NCBI RefSeq assembly: GCF_964204645.1
Contig: NC_134034.1
Location: 434,001-498,000, forward strand
Direction: 5' to 3'
Source of the DNA: Tubulanus polymorphus
Lineage: Eukaryota > Animalia > Nemertea
Length of the DNA stretch: 64,000 nt
In this document: piece by piece, positions 17,209 to 30,600 of the stretch
Numbering within the stretch: the stretch's first letter is position 1
How the letters are laid out: every line of letters starts with the position of its first letter
Notes under the pieces: model-generated
Seen by the model: the letters and a program-made list of their open reading frames with translations, nothing else
The model's database searches: none
Told to the model about the DNA's origin: nothing
Program-made: the position numbers and the translations under genes

Positions 17209-19075
17209 TTATCGTCCGTTTTGAATTTCGAATTTTCCCGGTTGCATCAGATCTTTATATTCGTGAAGAGCTTCTCGTAACGCGCGACACACCTGCGGAC
17301 TGGTCGACGTGATACAATCAACCAGATACGGATATAAATCGATCACCTGATACCAGATCTGTTTATCGATATTCTTCTGCGGAGCTTTCTTCAACGATTG
17401 GATCAACGTAGCGATCGCTTTCAGAACGAACGCCATCTCGGACATACGTGGTCGAGGTAGCGGACACTTTCCGCTCAGTTTCTCATCCTCGACGTATTTA
17501 CGTAAAACGTCTTGACAACGTTTCAACAATGAGTTGACGGCTAGTTTAGTGATGGAGCCCTCCGGCGACGACGAGCTGTTGTTCGTGATGAAGCTGAATT
17601 TCAGCAACGTTTCGAAGCAAGTTTTCGCGAATTCCTCGCGTAGTTTTTTACTGGAATCGGCGTCAATGAAACTCTCGCTGGTCGCCGAATGAATCGAACC
17701 ACGATTCAAAATATTCATAATCATCTCGACGAACTCGCGAGGGGTATTCCCTGCGTGAGGGAGGATATCCTCGCCGATTACGCGCACCAGACGACAGTCG
17801 ATATTCTCGTCTCGTTGGCAATCCTCGACGGTCATCGTCGGCGGCGGGGGATTCCCCGAAAACAGGAATTCCTCGATCGCCGAGGCCAACTCCGTCCACA
17901 TCCCGTCGAACGCGGCGCGGTGTTTCCTAGCGACCGGTAATCCGATTGTTAGAGTTTGAAAGAGAACGGTAACGGCGAGGTTCCACGTCGTCTGCGACAT
18001 ACAGCCGTATTTCATCGCGAGCGGAACTCGTAGCGTAGTTATAATATCCTGCATGACGTGATCGTGGATCACAGCCGGATGTCGCGCCGTTCTCTCGTAC
18101 ATCGCGATCACGAGATTCAACGATTTCTCGGCGAACGGAACGAAATTCATCAACACGTAATCGACCGACGGACCTCGAACGGCGTTGATACTTTTCGCGT
18201 CGATTATACCGTATTTAGGAGATTTAACGGCGTATTCGGCAAACGTGAGCAACTGATTGAATAATTCCGGATACATCGACTGCATCGACTCGGGTCCGTT
18301 CATGACGGCGTTCTGTAGAACGTCGACGGCGTTCAGAACAGCTTCCTGCAACGCCGTCACGTTCGTTTCGTTTATCGCCGGTAGAATAAACGGTGACGCG
18401 TCGCCTTGAACCGGAGCCGACAGCGCCCCCTTTAAAACGGCCGATAATTTCTGTAAGTCCGCCGCGACGAACCGATGTTTTATGTGCTCGAATAACGGCG
18501 GAAATATCTGTATGAGAGCGGTGAGGAACGGTTGAGACGGCACGTAGATATCGGTCGATGATTTCGAGTCCGGGGGTAACGTAACCTTACCGCCGATACT
18601 GAGCCAGACGCGCCACGCGTTCGACCACAGCTGAACCGAGTCTATTTTAATATCGTCGTTCTTCGTCGATATCATATCCTGCAACGAACGAAACATTTTC
18701 TCCTCGCTAGGCGCGGCTAGATCGGTACCGGTGGCGCCACCCGTCGCCGCGCGTGAATTACGCCTCGTATCCGTGTCGTTGCCGCTGGAACTGCCGCCAC
18801 TGCTGCGGTTGATCTGTAGAATCTCCTGGAAACTTTTCAACGCTGCGAGCGTTACCTCGGCGTTACGACATAAAGCAGACGCCTCGATGAATTCTAAAAG
18901 TAGCGCCCACGCTCGCGGGAAATCCCCGAGTTGTTCGAGAATGAATCGTTTAGCGTTGAAGACTCGCGCGACTCCGGCCAGCGTTAGAACCTGTGTCTCG
19001 GCCCATTGTTTCTCAGCAGTATCACGTGAGTGATGAATCAGAATATTCACCTGTAATTATAATAATAATAATAAT

Positions 19076-19132
<57 letters not shown>

Positions 19133-22100
19133 TCAATAAAAGCGCTTTACATTAAAAGAACGATCTCAAATCTCTTTAGGGATCAGTCATTAGGTATAGC
19201 TCGAAGCCATAGGTAGAAACTCAATGTCAAAAGTCTAGTATAATCTGCGTATACATCCAAACTAGGGCAGCTACAGTATCTAAACAAACCATAAGTAATT
19301 CAATGAAGACTTTTGCCACCCTGGGTCCAGTTCCACAGTTGTGAGTTAAGATTTAACTCAAGAGTTAACTCATTGAAAATGAACTAACTTTAACTCAGAG
19401 TTAACTCTAACTCACAACCGTGGAACTGGATCCTGTATGTTCATCTACGTCCACAGGAATGACACAGCCTTAAAAACAAATGCTCTATTTTCTGTGTGAC
19501 ACATACTTTTGAGTCCCTTATCTTAAAACAATCTACACCAAGATCAAAATTAATGATGCAGATAAAATCAATGATTATAGAAATCCCGAAATGAAACTGT
19601 TTGTTTATTACTGACCTGACCAGATTCGACCTTCGTGGTCGGAGCGCTACTCGATAACTTCTTCACCTTGTCCAACAACGGGAACAACACTTGCCACAGT
19701 ACGATCTGCCAGGTTTTCTGTTGTAACAATGATCCGTGCGCGCCGATCGTCGAGAACAACGTCTGCCCGGCGCTCTTACGAACGGGAGGTCGAGGATCGA
19801 CGCATAAATCGCCGAGCTTCGAAAACAAACACATCCACAGCGAATCGAACGGCTTCATTTCACCGACAGCGGTGGCGCCATCTTTTTTCTTATCGTCATC
19901 CGCGGCTGCCTCTGATTCGTCTTTCTCGAGGTCAATCTGAATTTGTTGTTGATTCTGATAGAAATAATCGGATATATTCCACATGAGACCGATCGCCGTC
20001 AGACTGATATTAACGTCCTGATTCTGCAGGCCGAACTTCGCCGCCACGGCAACCACCGATTGTAGGCAAGCAGATGGCATTAACGGCAGGAAATCTGTGA
20101 CGACTAACTGTAAACACTGGAACGCGATACGGATCAGATTCTCACCCTGATCGTTATTAACGGCTCCGATCACGGTGAGTATCAGCGCCCAACCGTGACC
20201 CAGACGATCTCCGTTATTGTGCAATATCTGCAGCACGCATTCGAGTTGTTTCTGTCGTATATCGGAGTGTTGTATCGCGGAGAGCTCCTGTAACGGGTTT
20301 AACAACATACCCTGGCGAGCGGGGTCGGCGTCTAAAGCCGGTTCGAACGCGTGCATCAACGCCGCTTTAATCAACGAGGTCAACGCCTCCGCGCCCCAAC
20401 CTCTCATACCGGCGTGCGGGTGCTGGCAAACTTCCAATAAATGAGCGGTCAGCGGTTTCCAGAGAACGCCGACGCGCGGTAAATTAACGAGTCCCGTCTC
20501 GAGGAGTTTCGCGACGGCGAACAACGACGGTTCACGATTGGAATACGCGAGTTCCATCGATTCGGCGGAGAGTTTACAGAGCGCGTCGATCAGATGATGT
20601 AACGCGACGTCGTCGAGATATTGAGAACTCTCGAATAATCGAGATAACATCGACGATAAAACCGGTAAATCAGCCATAACCGCCGTCGTTATAACCGCGT
20701 TTGAACCGTCGCTAGCCTGTTTCGAAGCTCTCATACTCCCGCCGGCCGCCGGCTTCAAACCTAAAATCCAAACCAGATGCTGAAGCGTCGTCAGTACGAG
20801 GTGCCACGCGTTGCCTAGGATACCGCCGTGACAATGAGCGACGCTGAGAATCGAGCGCATGCACTGAATGTTTTTCGCGGTGAGCATCACCGGATTCTGA
20901 TGAGCGCCGACCGGCGATGAAGCGGTCGGTAAAGCCGTACCGACCGCGACCACCTGACTCCTCTCGATCGCGTCCGGGTTAAAGAAGTCGTTTCCGCTCG
21001 GTGTTTTTTGATGCCCTTTCGGATGATGAACGGCGACCATGTTGAGAACGGTGAGAGCGTAGTGAGGAGGTAACGACGCTTTACACAGAGCTGTAATAAA
21101 CGCGTCGCGTGGAATATTCTGACCCAGTCGACCGGCGAGACTCGCGAACGTCTGCTCGGATTTCAGGATGGCCTCGGTGGCACTCTCGTCGGTACTCGCG
21201 TCGAGTAACAGCGACATCGCCGCGAGTACCCCGCACCACGACGAATTCAACAGTTCCTCGACGAGGGGTCGATTCTCCTCGTCTATTTCCAACGTCGACA
21301 TCGTTTCGTGCGCCGACGAATTTCTACGTTCCGTCGGTTTCGCTTTCGTCGTCACGGCGACGCTATCTACAATCTGTTGCACGGCTCGGATGACGTCGAG
21401 GAGGCACGCGAACGCGACCGAGATTCCGTAACCCTCCGAGATAACGGGTGGCTCCGTTTTATCGATCATCTCTAGATAAATCTGTTTAGAGTTACCGAGC
21501 GGGATGTTAGTCATTAACGGGATCCAGATACCGCGGTAGATGAACGCGGGCTGCGGGGAAACCCCGCCCCCGACGGGCATACCGGCGACTAACGCGGGAG
21601 GGGTACCCGTCGTATCGGGTACCCGCGCGCCCGGCTGATTCCCGCCCGTACCCACGCTAGACGTCGAGTTGAGAAACAGCGATTGGATGAACGCACCTAA
21701 CGCGTTAACGATATCTCGGAATATCTTCGTCGAATGCGGTTTCATATCGTAGCTGATGCAAAACGATCGCAGGTGCGCGGCAGATGCGCAGAACAGGTGC
21801 AGTACCTCTAACGCTAGCGCCCTCTGCCACATCGGTTTATCGCAATCGAGAAACTTGACGAGCAACGAGAGGAAAATCTCGCATTCGGTAACGAGTAGCG
21901 AGTAGTAGGATCGCACGAGGACGGCGACCATTCTGAGCAGACGCATCACAATCGGGAAGTGAGGTTTCTCGACCGGTGTCGGAGACGCCGGAGCCGGTAA
22001 CCCCTGACGATATTTCAAACTCGGCGAAAACAATTTAATTACGAGCGGACAAACTTGTTCTTTAACGAGGAAACTGAACTCGGAGTGACGTCGGAATATT

Positions 22101-22933
22101 TCGGGGAAAGCGGTGAGAACGGATTCCATCAATTCGAGACCGAACGTACGAGTCATCTCGTTAATCCCGTGCAGCCAGTGAGGCTGATCGGCGTTCACTA
22201 ACTGACACAGATCCTGAAACAACATGAACGCGTCTTGAGCGCACGGTCTCAAGGTCGGCGGAGGTTGTTTACCGAACGATTTCAACTGTTCGCACGTGGT
22301 GGTCGTCGCGAGCGCGTCGTCGTGGTCGGTGAACGCTCGATCCTCGGTTACGGCTCGTTCGAACACGCAGCTGACCAGCTGCCGTACGGTAGCTGCAGCT
22401 GTGTTTATCGTCGTGTTGTCCTTCGCGAAGTGAAGACGGAAACATAAAACGATCGCTTTAGAAAGAGCCTCGTGTTGGACGATCGAATTCGTCGTTAGCA
22501 ACAGAATCGTCGTCTGCAACAATTTCAATTCCTCGATTCCCGATTCCATTAACGACCACAGCGTACTGATCACGCTAGTGGCGCCACCTTTAGAGAGAAC
22601 CTCGTGAGATATGAGGCGTTGAATCGCTTGTAAACTCAACTGAACGAGTTTCGTGTTTTTCGTGTCGCAGCCGAGGACGAGAGGTTGTAAAATCTCCGCG
22701 TTGTGTTTCGATAGATTCGCCGGGATTTCTTCCGGTTTCGTCGAAATCGTCCGCAGTTTTAGCATACCCGATTCGGCTGCGTCTTTAACCGGTCCGTATT
22801 TACGTCGCGACTCGCTACTCAACTGTCTCAGATCCGTCAGCAGATTATCGATCAGTTTTTTCGAGATGATCAATTTCTGATCGACGCTCAACGAGCCTCC
22901 GCTCAATCTCGGGTTATTCTTGTTCGACGCCAT
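17209..22933 (-). CDS. MON2: Protein MON2 homolog (Sec7/BIG-like DCB and HUS domains, HEAT repeats), ~1719 aa, 2 exons
   Basis: Exons 22933-19616 and 19050-17209 (phase-0 GT-AG intron of 565 bp). Motifs [77 protein letters not shown]. Length is close to vertebrate MON2. Confidence 0.96.
19057..19133 (+). repeat. (AAT)n microsatellite at the 3' end of the MON2 intron
   Basis: About 25 AAT units abutting the acceptor AG on the minus strand. Confidence 0.95.
19324..19432. mobile_element. MITE, TIR ggtccagttccacagttgtgag, 3-bp CTG target-site duplication (PIF/Harbinger-like)
   Basis: ctg|ggtccagttccacagttgtgagtta...taactcacaaccgtggaactggatc|ctg. Related copies at 42941-43035, 44894-45000 (CTG both sides) and ~25140-25262. 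Confidence 0.8.
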
Positions 22934-23014
22934 GGCGACCGCGACAGCAACCGTCAGTATTGTTGAAGTATTTCTTTTAAAAATTCGACTCAAATTGTAC
23001 TGATTTCGACGCAA

Positions 23015-23460
23015 AGTCGAAATTATATGAATTTATTCACCCGATATAGGAATAATTATCTAGGCTAAAAAATAAGTCCGTTTTCGGAAGCATTATCGAT
23101 TTTTGACAACTGTCACCGGAACCCGGAAGTGATTTCGACACATTTAAAAAATCGAATTTCGACCGTTTATAACCGATTAATCGTCGTTATATCAAACGGA
23201 ATACTGTTTGCTGAACAGTCCACCAGATGTTCTCACGTTTAAACGGGTCGACGCCGCTTTTAAACCGTGATATCTACGTCAGAATTCGTGATTAGACAAC
23301 ACCCCAGATTACGTGGCCGCCATCTTTAAACACACTTGCCGCAGTCGCTGCAATACAATTCAAATGAAATATTGCTACTCGAGTTCCTCGCCTGCCGCAG
23401 ACCATATTGAGCTATATAGAATCGAAATAACGTAAACAAATATCGGTGTTTAATAGAATT
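23015..23460. promoter_or_regulatory. Probable bidirectional promoter of MON2 (-) and SNX13 (+)
   Basis: Head-to-head genes; CpG-rich; ETS-like ccggaagtg at 23123-23131; YY1-like gccgccatctt at 23316-23326. Confidence 0.55.
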
Positions 23461-24329
23461 ATGATTTCATATTTATTCACATCCAAATTTTACAAATAAT
23501 TTAACTTTGTTTTTGGCGACTGGTCTGGTGGCTTTGGTCACTGTTGTAATTCGATCTGCTGATTCAGTTTTGGTCTCCTATAACAAACTCATTATCTCAC
23601 TCTGAGGTGTGCAAGGACAGTCCAATAATATCTAGAATAAAAATTGTATAAAAACACAGAAATGTTCATTTTTATATGTATCGCGTGTGGCGCGTCAGGT
23701 CTAGGGCTGCTGAGTGTGATACACGGATCCTGGTTCCGCCGCGACTGTATCTGCCGTTGTTTAGAATGATAGCTGTGTACATTTTTCAGGTGTCGATACT
23801 GGAGATGTTTTAAAACATGTTGAAATCTGGTGGTGAAGATCGCAGTAACGAGCCAGTGGTTATAGATTGATGCCGTTAGTCGGGGTTGGTGGGGTCGAGC
23901 AGGAACGACAACAGCTCACGACCACAGCAGCGGCGGCAGGCTCTGTTTTAAACTGTTGTTGTGCAGCAGACAAACTGTCAAAAAAACATTCATCATCGGT
24001 TAGTGGTCTGTTCTGCGTCAACCAGAATCGAAATTTGGGAATCCCCCAGCAGATCCCCTTTCTAAATGATAACCCTGCCTCTAGGCCCCATGAAATGACC
24101 CCCTTGCCTTGTATCCCTACCTGGGCCCCTCTGTGAATTGACCCCCTTGCCTTCTTGTATTGTTTATACCTGGCTCTGCAGATAAATTTGTTTGTTTTCA
24201 TTCTCTTTTTGAGTCTTCGTTTGCTTTGATCGGCGTCCGTTTGACTGTCCCTGAAATATAGAAAATAAAAGTGACATCGTTAATTTCAGCAGATGTCCTT
24301 AAAGGCTTAGCTGGTTAAGATGTCGGTCC

Positions 24330-24670
24330 GGTTTATTTTCAGATGTCCTCAGCTGGTTTAGATGTCGGTCTGGTTTATTTTCAGATGTCCTCAGCTGGTT
24401 TAGATGTCGGTCTGGTTTATTTTCAGATGTCCTCAGCTGGTTTAGATGTCGGTCCGGTTTATTTTCAGATGTCCTCAGCTGGTTTAGATGTCGGTCTGGT
24501 TTATTTTCAGATGTCCTCAGCTGGTTTAGATGTCGGTCCGGTTTATTTTCAGATGTCCTCAGCTGGTTTAGATGTCGGTCCGGTTTATTTTCAGATGTCC
24601 TCAGCTGGTTTAGATGTCGGTCTGGTTTATTTTCAGATGTCCTCAGCTGGTTTAGATGTCGGTCTGGTTT
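24330..24670 (+). repeat. 42-bp tandem array (8 copies plus a degenerate one), each unit containing a splice acceptor and the SNX13 start codon
   Basis: Unit gtttattttcag|ATGTCCTCAGCTGGTTTAGATGTCGGT(C/T)G; ATGs every 42 nt from 24343 to 24637. Confidence 0.95.
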
Positions 24671-27600
24671 GTTGGTTTACTCTAGGATTAGGATTATGTG
24701 GTGCGACGTTTGGATTAACAGGAATAACGTTCATTATTGTAATGAGCGTTACTTTCATTGTTGGGTGAGTTATTCTGTGATGTCATAGGGGGATTTATAG
24801 AGGCAGACATCTTTTCTAGAAGTGTCTATAGATCAAATCACTAGTAGTCAATTTGATGATGTCATAGGGGGATTTATGGAGGCAGACGTCTTTTCTAGAA
24901 GTGTCTATAGATCAAATCACTAGTAGACAATTTGGTGATGGGGGATTAATGTAATCAGTATTTGATGATGTCATAAGGTGATTTAATGAAGGTAGACATG
25001 TTGTTTTGGTGATATTTTACAGAATGTTGACAAGTATTTATCACTACAGCTCCGAGCGTTGTGACCAAGTGGATCAATCTCCGAGGAGACATCCACCTAA
25101 ACCACAACCGGGATTTAAAAAGGTAAACTTACACTCCTCAACCCGGTTCCAGTGAGTTGTGAGTTAACTCCTCGACCCAGTTGTGAGTTAAGATTTGAAT
25201 CACTGAAAATGAACGAATTTTAACTTGCAGTCACAATTCACAATTGTGGGCGGAACTGGATCCTGCCGCAGTGGTTTATATTAGTTAAACTCTTATTTTT
25301 GTAGTTGATCGATGAAGTGACTGCGAAGAAACCGATTTATAAAACAGATAAACGTTTGACAGGAGCGAATATGATCGATGAAGTTTTACAAGATGTAAGT
25401 TAAACATTCAAAAAAATATTTATATTAAATTCCTGAACCCAACCGCCTGAACCCAACAGCCTGAACCAAGTAGTCTTGAGCCCAACAGCCTGAACCCAAC
25501 AGCCTGAACCCAGTAGCCCGAATCTGGTAGCCCTGAACCCAGTAGCTTGAGCTAGGTAGCATGAACTCGGTTTTAAGCTTGTGTTAATCCGCAGACTGGT
25601 ATCAACTTTAACCCGGGTTCCACTCAATTCATAGTCAATTAGTTCCATAAAATGTAAACCAGTGTTTAAGTTAATACCAGTATTACACGGGTTGGTTATG
25701 TGTATTTGTAGGTTTTACAATACGCGTTCCGTGATTTCATTAATTCCTGGTATCGACGAATCAGCGAGAACGAAATATTCCTGAACGAAGTCCGACAAAC
25801 TACCCAACAAATAGTGGTAGCGTTCGCCGAGCGGTCGAAACAGGTGGATTGGGTGTCGTTCACGACGAGGAAAGCTGTCGACGACGTCGCTTCGCATTTA
25901 AAACTTTATCGCAAATCGTGCGAAAAAATAAACGAATTGAAAAAAGACGGTAAATATTCAAATTTCGAATTTAGCCGACGTTTTAAACTGTTGATATTAT
26001 TGACGACGTTGTCGTGTAGGGTTGAAACCGTTGCCCGATTTGGAGGCGATATTTTTCGATTTGGAAACTGATATGGAGGACAATATGTGTCGGGATCATA
26101 TCTGTCTCAATCGCGACAAAGAACAACGTAAGTTACCGTAGCAACAACTCGAACATCAGCGTCTGTTTCTAGCGGACAATTGTAGATGTAACGCTGTTTG
26201 TTCTATTTTTAGAATATTTGGCTGATTTGTCCGAATTATTGTTGTTTCTGCTGTTGCCTAGAGATGATTTCAATAATAAACCATTCCGTTATATTTTAAA
26301 GGTACGTTTAAAGCGGGGCAGGAATTCAAGGGTGTTAATTTCCGGGTCCTGCACCCCTTCTAGATCTGTCCTTAGAACTGTTGCGCCCCAGAGTCAAACT
26401 GGTCAAACATATTCTCTGGTTATTTCTTTTTGCAGGAAGTTTTAGTGACTAAAGTATTTTTACCGACTATAGATATGTTATCAGATCCGGACTACGTTAA
26501 TCAGACTATATCATGGCTTGTAAGTAGTTAACCACACAATGATAGGAGTTTCTGTATCCATGGATCCTGTTTCCATGGGTCCTGTATCCATGGTTTCCCT
26601 GTCTGCGGTTGAATCTGATTTGTTCTATATTTCTAAGTGTAAAGATTTCGCGATCAGCACCGAGATGTTCATGACTGTGATTAAAATGACCGATTGCGTC
26701 GACGAGTTGACAGCCGTTAAAGAGAAAGTTGACGCGGACATCGTGCGTCAACGTTCGAAGGATACGGGCGGAGATGATGGTAAGAGATACTAGAGGGTGC
26801 TTGAATTCCGGGCTACACTAAACCTCGCAGCCTAACTCCGACTACTGGATACTCTGGCTACAATGAAGTATAAATCAGACACATAACTCAGAGCGGCAGA
26901 GACCGGCGCTAGATTTGGTGCATCAGAATTTGTTACTTAAAACATTCAAGAATGTCTATAAAGCCAGGTCCAGGATCCAGTCACGAAGTCGTCACTTCCA
27001 AAAACTGTCTTTACGCTTGTCTTAACTTGTTTGATTGACCATAGAACTGAGATTCATCTTCAATTTTAAATCTAAGCCATGACTATAGAACGAGCCCCTG
27101 ATTATTTTCATTTGAATGAATTGAAAGTTGATACTTCTAGGAAGGATGAAACTTCTAGGAAGGATGAAACCAGGGCCTGGTTTCATTGACCGGTAATAAC
27201 TTTAACCTGTGGGCTAACTCAATTCATTTCCAGTTGAGTTAACCCCCGGGTTAAAGATGATACCAGTCTATAAAACTGGGCCCAGGGCAGGGAGAGGTAT
27301 GAAACCCGGGCAGCATGCAAGAGAAGAGAGAGAGGGATATAACTAATTGTCAAGTTGTATATGTGTATTTGTAGATATACTCATTAAAGCTCAACTCAGT
27401 TCATTGCATCACGTGAAAGAAGTTTGTGAATATAAGATACAGAGATTACGAGATGGAAATGAAGACACTTTAGAATCGGTAATTCCATTAATTACTCTTA
27501 TTCTATTTTCCTGTTAAACCAGAATTTCAAAATCTTCACCACATATTTAATGTAGTTTGATGTCATGATTATCGAGTTTGTAAATATGTTGAAATTCTAC

Positions 27601-30600
27601 TTACTGATAAACTGCAGAGGAGAGGTTGTTGGTAATCCTAATCCTTTAATCTCGTATATCTGAAGTATTAATCCTAATCTTGTAGCTCAATTAATCCAGG
27701 TTCGATTGATTTTTCAAGTAAATGTGGTTTTGATCAGGCAGTAATGCAGGCCGGTGGGTACACTGTACTAACTGCTGGTATATACTGTCTATGGGTCTGT
27801 AGATCACTGTGTAGTGGACCATGGTCAGTCAGTGATTGAGTAACTAACTGACTGACTCTCAGTCACCTGACACCTCCACCTGTCAATTAGGGTTAGCCAG
27901 TGGCCAATCTAGCCCTAAGGTTAGGGTTAGCTCCTCCCACCAGTAACCCTAGGTTTCTGATTGGCTGACAACTGGGTGGGACACCTATTCATTGCCCAAT
28001 GCTGAATATTCAATGTAGGTTTTGATGAAAATGAAGCAATTTAGAGTGAAAGTCCTTGTGCTATATTTCATTTGAAAGGTCCAGGGAGAGTTTTGAAGGG
28101 TCCTAGGAAAGTCTAGAGGGGTCCTGGGAGTCTTGAAGGTTCTAGGAGAGTCTTGAAGGGTCCTGGGTGGGACCAACAAGACTCTAGAACAACTTTGAGA
28201 AGGATTGTAATATAACCAATGATGAAACACTTAGAGTTGAATGAAAATATAAAATTCCACATAATGAATAAAAAAAGATTAGTTTGTAACAGTTTCGCTG
28301 TTTCGCCCTGAGTCTGTTTTACTTGATGAGTCTCTATGTTCTGGATTGTAAATATAGTGTTATAACTCTGGATTCACTGGATAAATGTGAATTTTGATTA
28401 ATATTTTTCAGCTTGATTTTACGAAGTTGATCGTTCCCGGTCAGAAGTTGTATTCGTTACCGTTTGATGCCGTTTTACGCAACAATGTCGCGTTAGATTG
28501 TTACATGGGTGCGTGTTACCGGGCGTGGATTATACTCCGTTCATTCAAACACTCGTCGTACTCTACTCTAGTTTATATAATATTCACTAACATTACAGTC
28601 AAACTGTGGAACTAGGTTCAGGAATTTAAAGAGGCCAGTTGCACCATTCTTAGTAGGGGATCATTCATTTATTACGTTTAAAATTTGAATTTTTCAACCC
28701 CCCACCCCCTCTGTACGCAAAATCGGCCATTTTCTCATATACATTAAGCATTACAGTACGCAATTGCACTGACCCCTCCCCCCTCCCCTAATGCGCACGT
28801 AATAAATGAATGACCCCTAGTCAGTAACCTGTTTGTGGTTTAGTTTCACGACCGGATATTTTCACAAACCACATTGGTGGGTATAAGCCCATCCAATTAT
28901 AAAAAGCTAACCACCAATGATTAGGTAACTAACTACATTCTTGGCTGAGTTAGATTCAAACAGTTAAAATCAGTTTGTTTCAAATTCAAACAGCTCTCAG
29001 AACTGCGAAATTGTAGTCGTGTTGTTTAGAATATTTTAAGAACAATTTCGAATAAATTCTATTTTCTAATTTCAGAGTTTCTCACGACTATCGGCGCACA
29101 GGGTTATCTATTCTTCTGTTTTCATTGCGATGTAAGTACGCCCCCTATCCACCTGCCGCGTCTGCTCCCAACAGTTGACAGTTGAATTTGAATTTTAAAC
29201 CGATGTTTTATATTTGTATGATTTTGAACGTTAGGGTTTTCGTTCGATGGTTGAACAGCAAATGTCCGACGTTCATCAAAAACGTTTAAATAACGTTCAC
29301 ACAGAAATAGACGTGGAAAGCATTCGTAACATGGCTTTCTCAATCTATGAGCAATATCTCTCTGACAAGGTAAATCATCCATCCCTCCCTCTAAGCAATT
29401 ACTTATCCCTAAATCATCCATCCCTCTACACAATACTTATCCCTTTACTACTGAAAACTTACAAAGACACATGTCCTGAAATTCCACCCTAATCTACCTA
29501 ATCTAAGGAACCTGTCCTCAGGTTTCTTCCTTCTAGGGAACCTGCTCCCAGATTTCAGCTAGCACTTAAAGGTTGTTGTGTATTTCTGCATCTAACAGTT
29601 CCAAAAGAGGGGTGCAATGTATTCAAAGGAACAACATCTTAGTAAATAGAGCCCTTCGTGGTAACTTTCAATAGATAGCTGGTCACCATTCACACAGTTA
29701 AATGTATACCTTTCTAGGGTACCCACCGGCTAACTCACACAGTTAGTGATATCTCTCTAGGGTACCCACCGGCCGACCGGCCACACAGTTAGTGATATAT
29801 ATATCTCTCTCATTATTTTCAGTCATCTCAAAGAATCAATGTCGATGACGCGCTGATTAAACGAACGTACGAACGAATTAAAAACGGAAATTCTTACGTG
29901 GATGTTTTTGATGAAGTCCAAGCGAGGGTAAGGGTTACAGCTCTAACCACCACCGTCAAACTTAAACCACAATAAGTGTACACAAAAAGTAGTTTTAAAT
30001 CATAAAATTAGTCGTAAACTGTAAGATTGAGTATAGAATTGAGAAGATCTTACACTGGACTTTAAGCCATAACTATACATATAACCACTGATCTCATCAC
30101 CTCACTAACTGAAATATTTGTTGTTTTTTTTTCCCTCGGGGACGCGACAGGTTTACGACAAATTACAAGAAGATCATTTGTTCGTCGCGTTTAAAAAGAG
30201 TCAGAAATACATAGAACTTCTCGCTGAGTTGGATCTGTTGGAAGAAACGAGTAATTCAGATAATGAGATAGGTACGTGTGAACTCAGGGGCAGACGGGCG
30301 AAACATGGCTGACCTCTATAATCACCCTATAACATCATTAAATTTATCTATGAATGAAGCCTAGAAAGAAGTCTCCTCCTAAAAATCCCTCTTTGATATC
30401 ATCAAATTGTCTACTATTGATTTCATCTATATAAGGTTCTAGAAAAGATGTCTGCCTTCATAAATCCCCCTATGACATCATCAAATTGTAAATTGTATTT
30501 TGTAGAAGATTTCCCGTCTATACCGAGCAGTGTTAATGTAAGTATACTGAGTCGGACCGAGTCTAAACCGTGTTTAAACTCTCTTTACATTTTGTTCTAA

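Noticed and set aside
17663-22880. Short antisense or alternate-frame ORFs over MON2 (and similarly over the GPCR)
   Set aside because: Expected shadows of long coding sequence, with no independent features.
17209-22933. Long, GC-richer, nearly intronless ORFs as bacterial contamination or HGT
   Set aside because: MON2 is eukaryote-specific, the gene has a spliceosomal intron containing a host MITE, and codon style matches neighbouring exons.
22934-23014. N-terminal extension of MON2 in the ORF track
   Set aside because: It starts at TTG; the first ATG in good context is 22933 and gives the expected length. Many track ORFs similarly use non-ATG starts.
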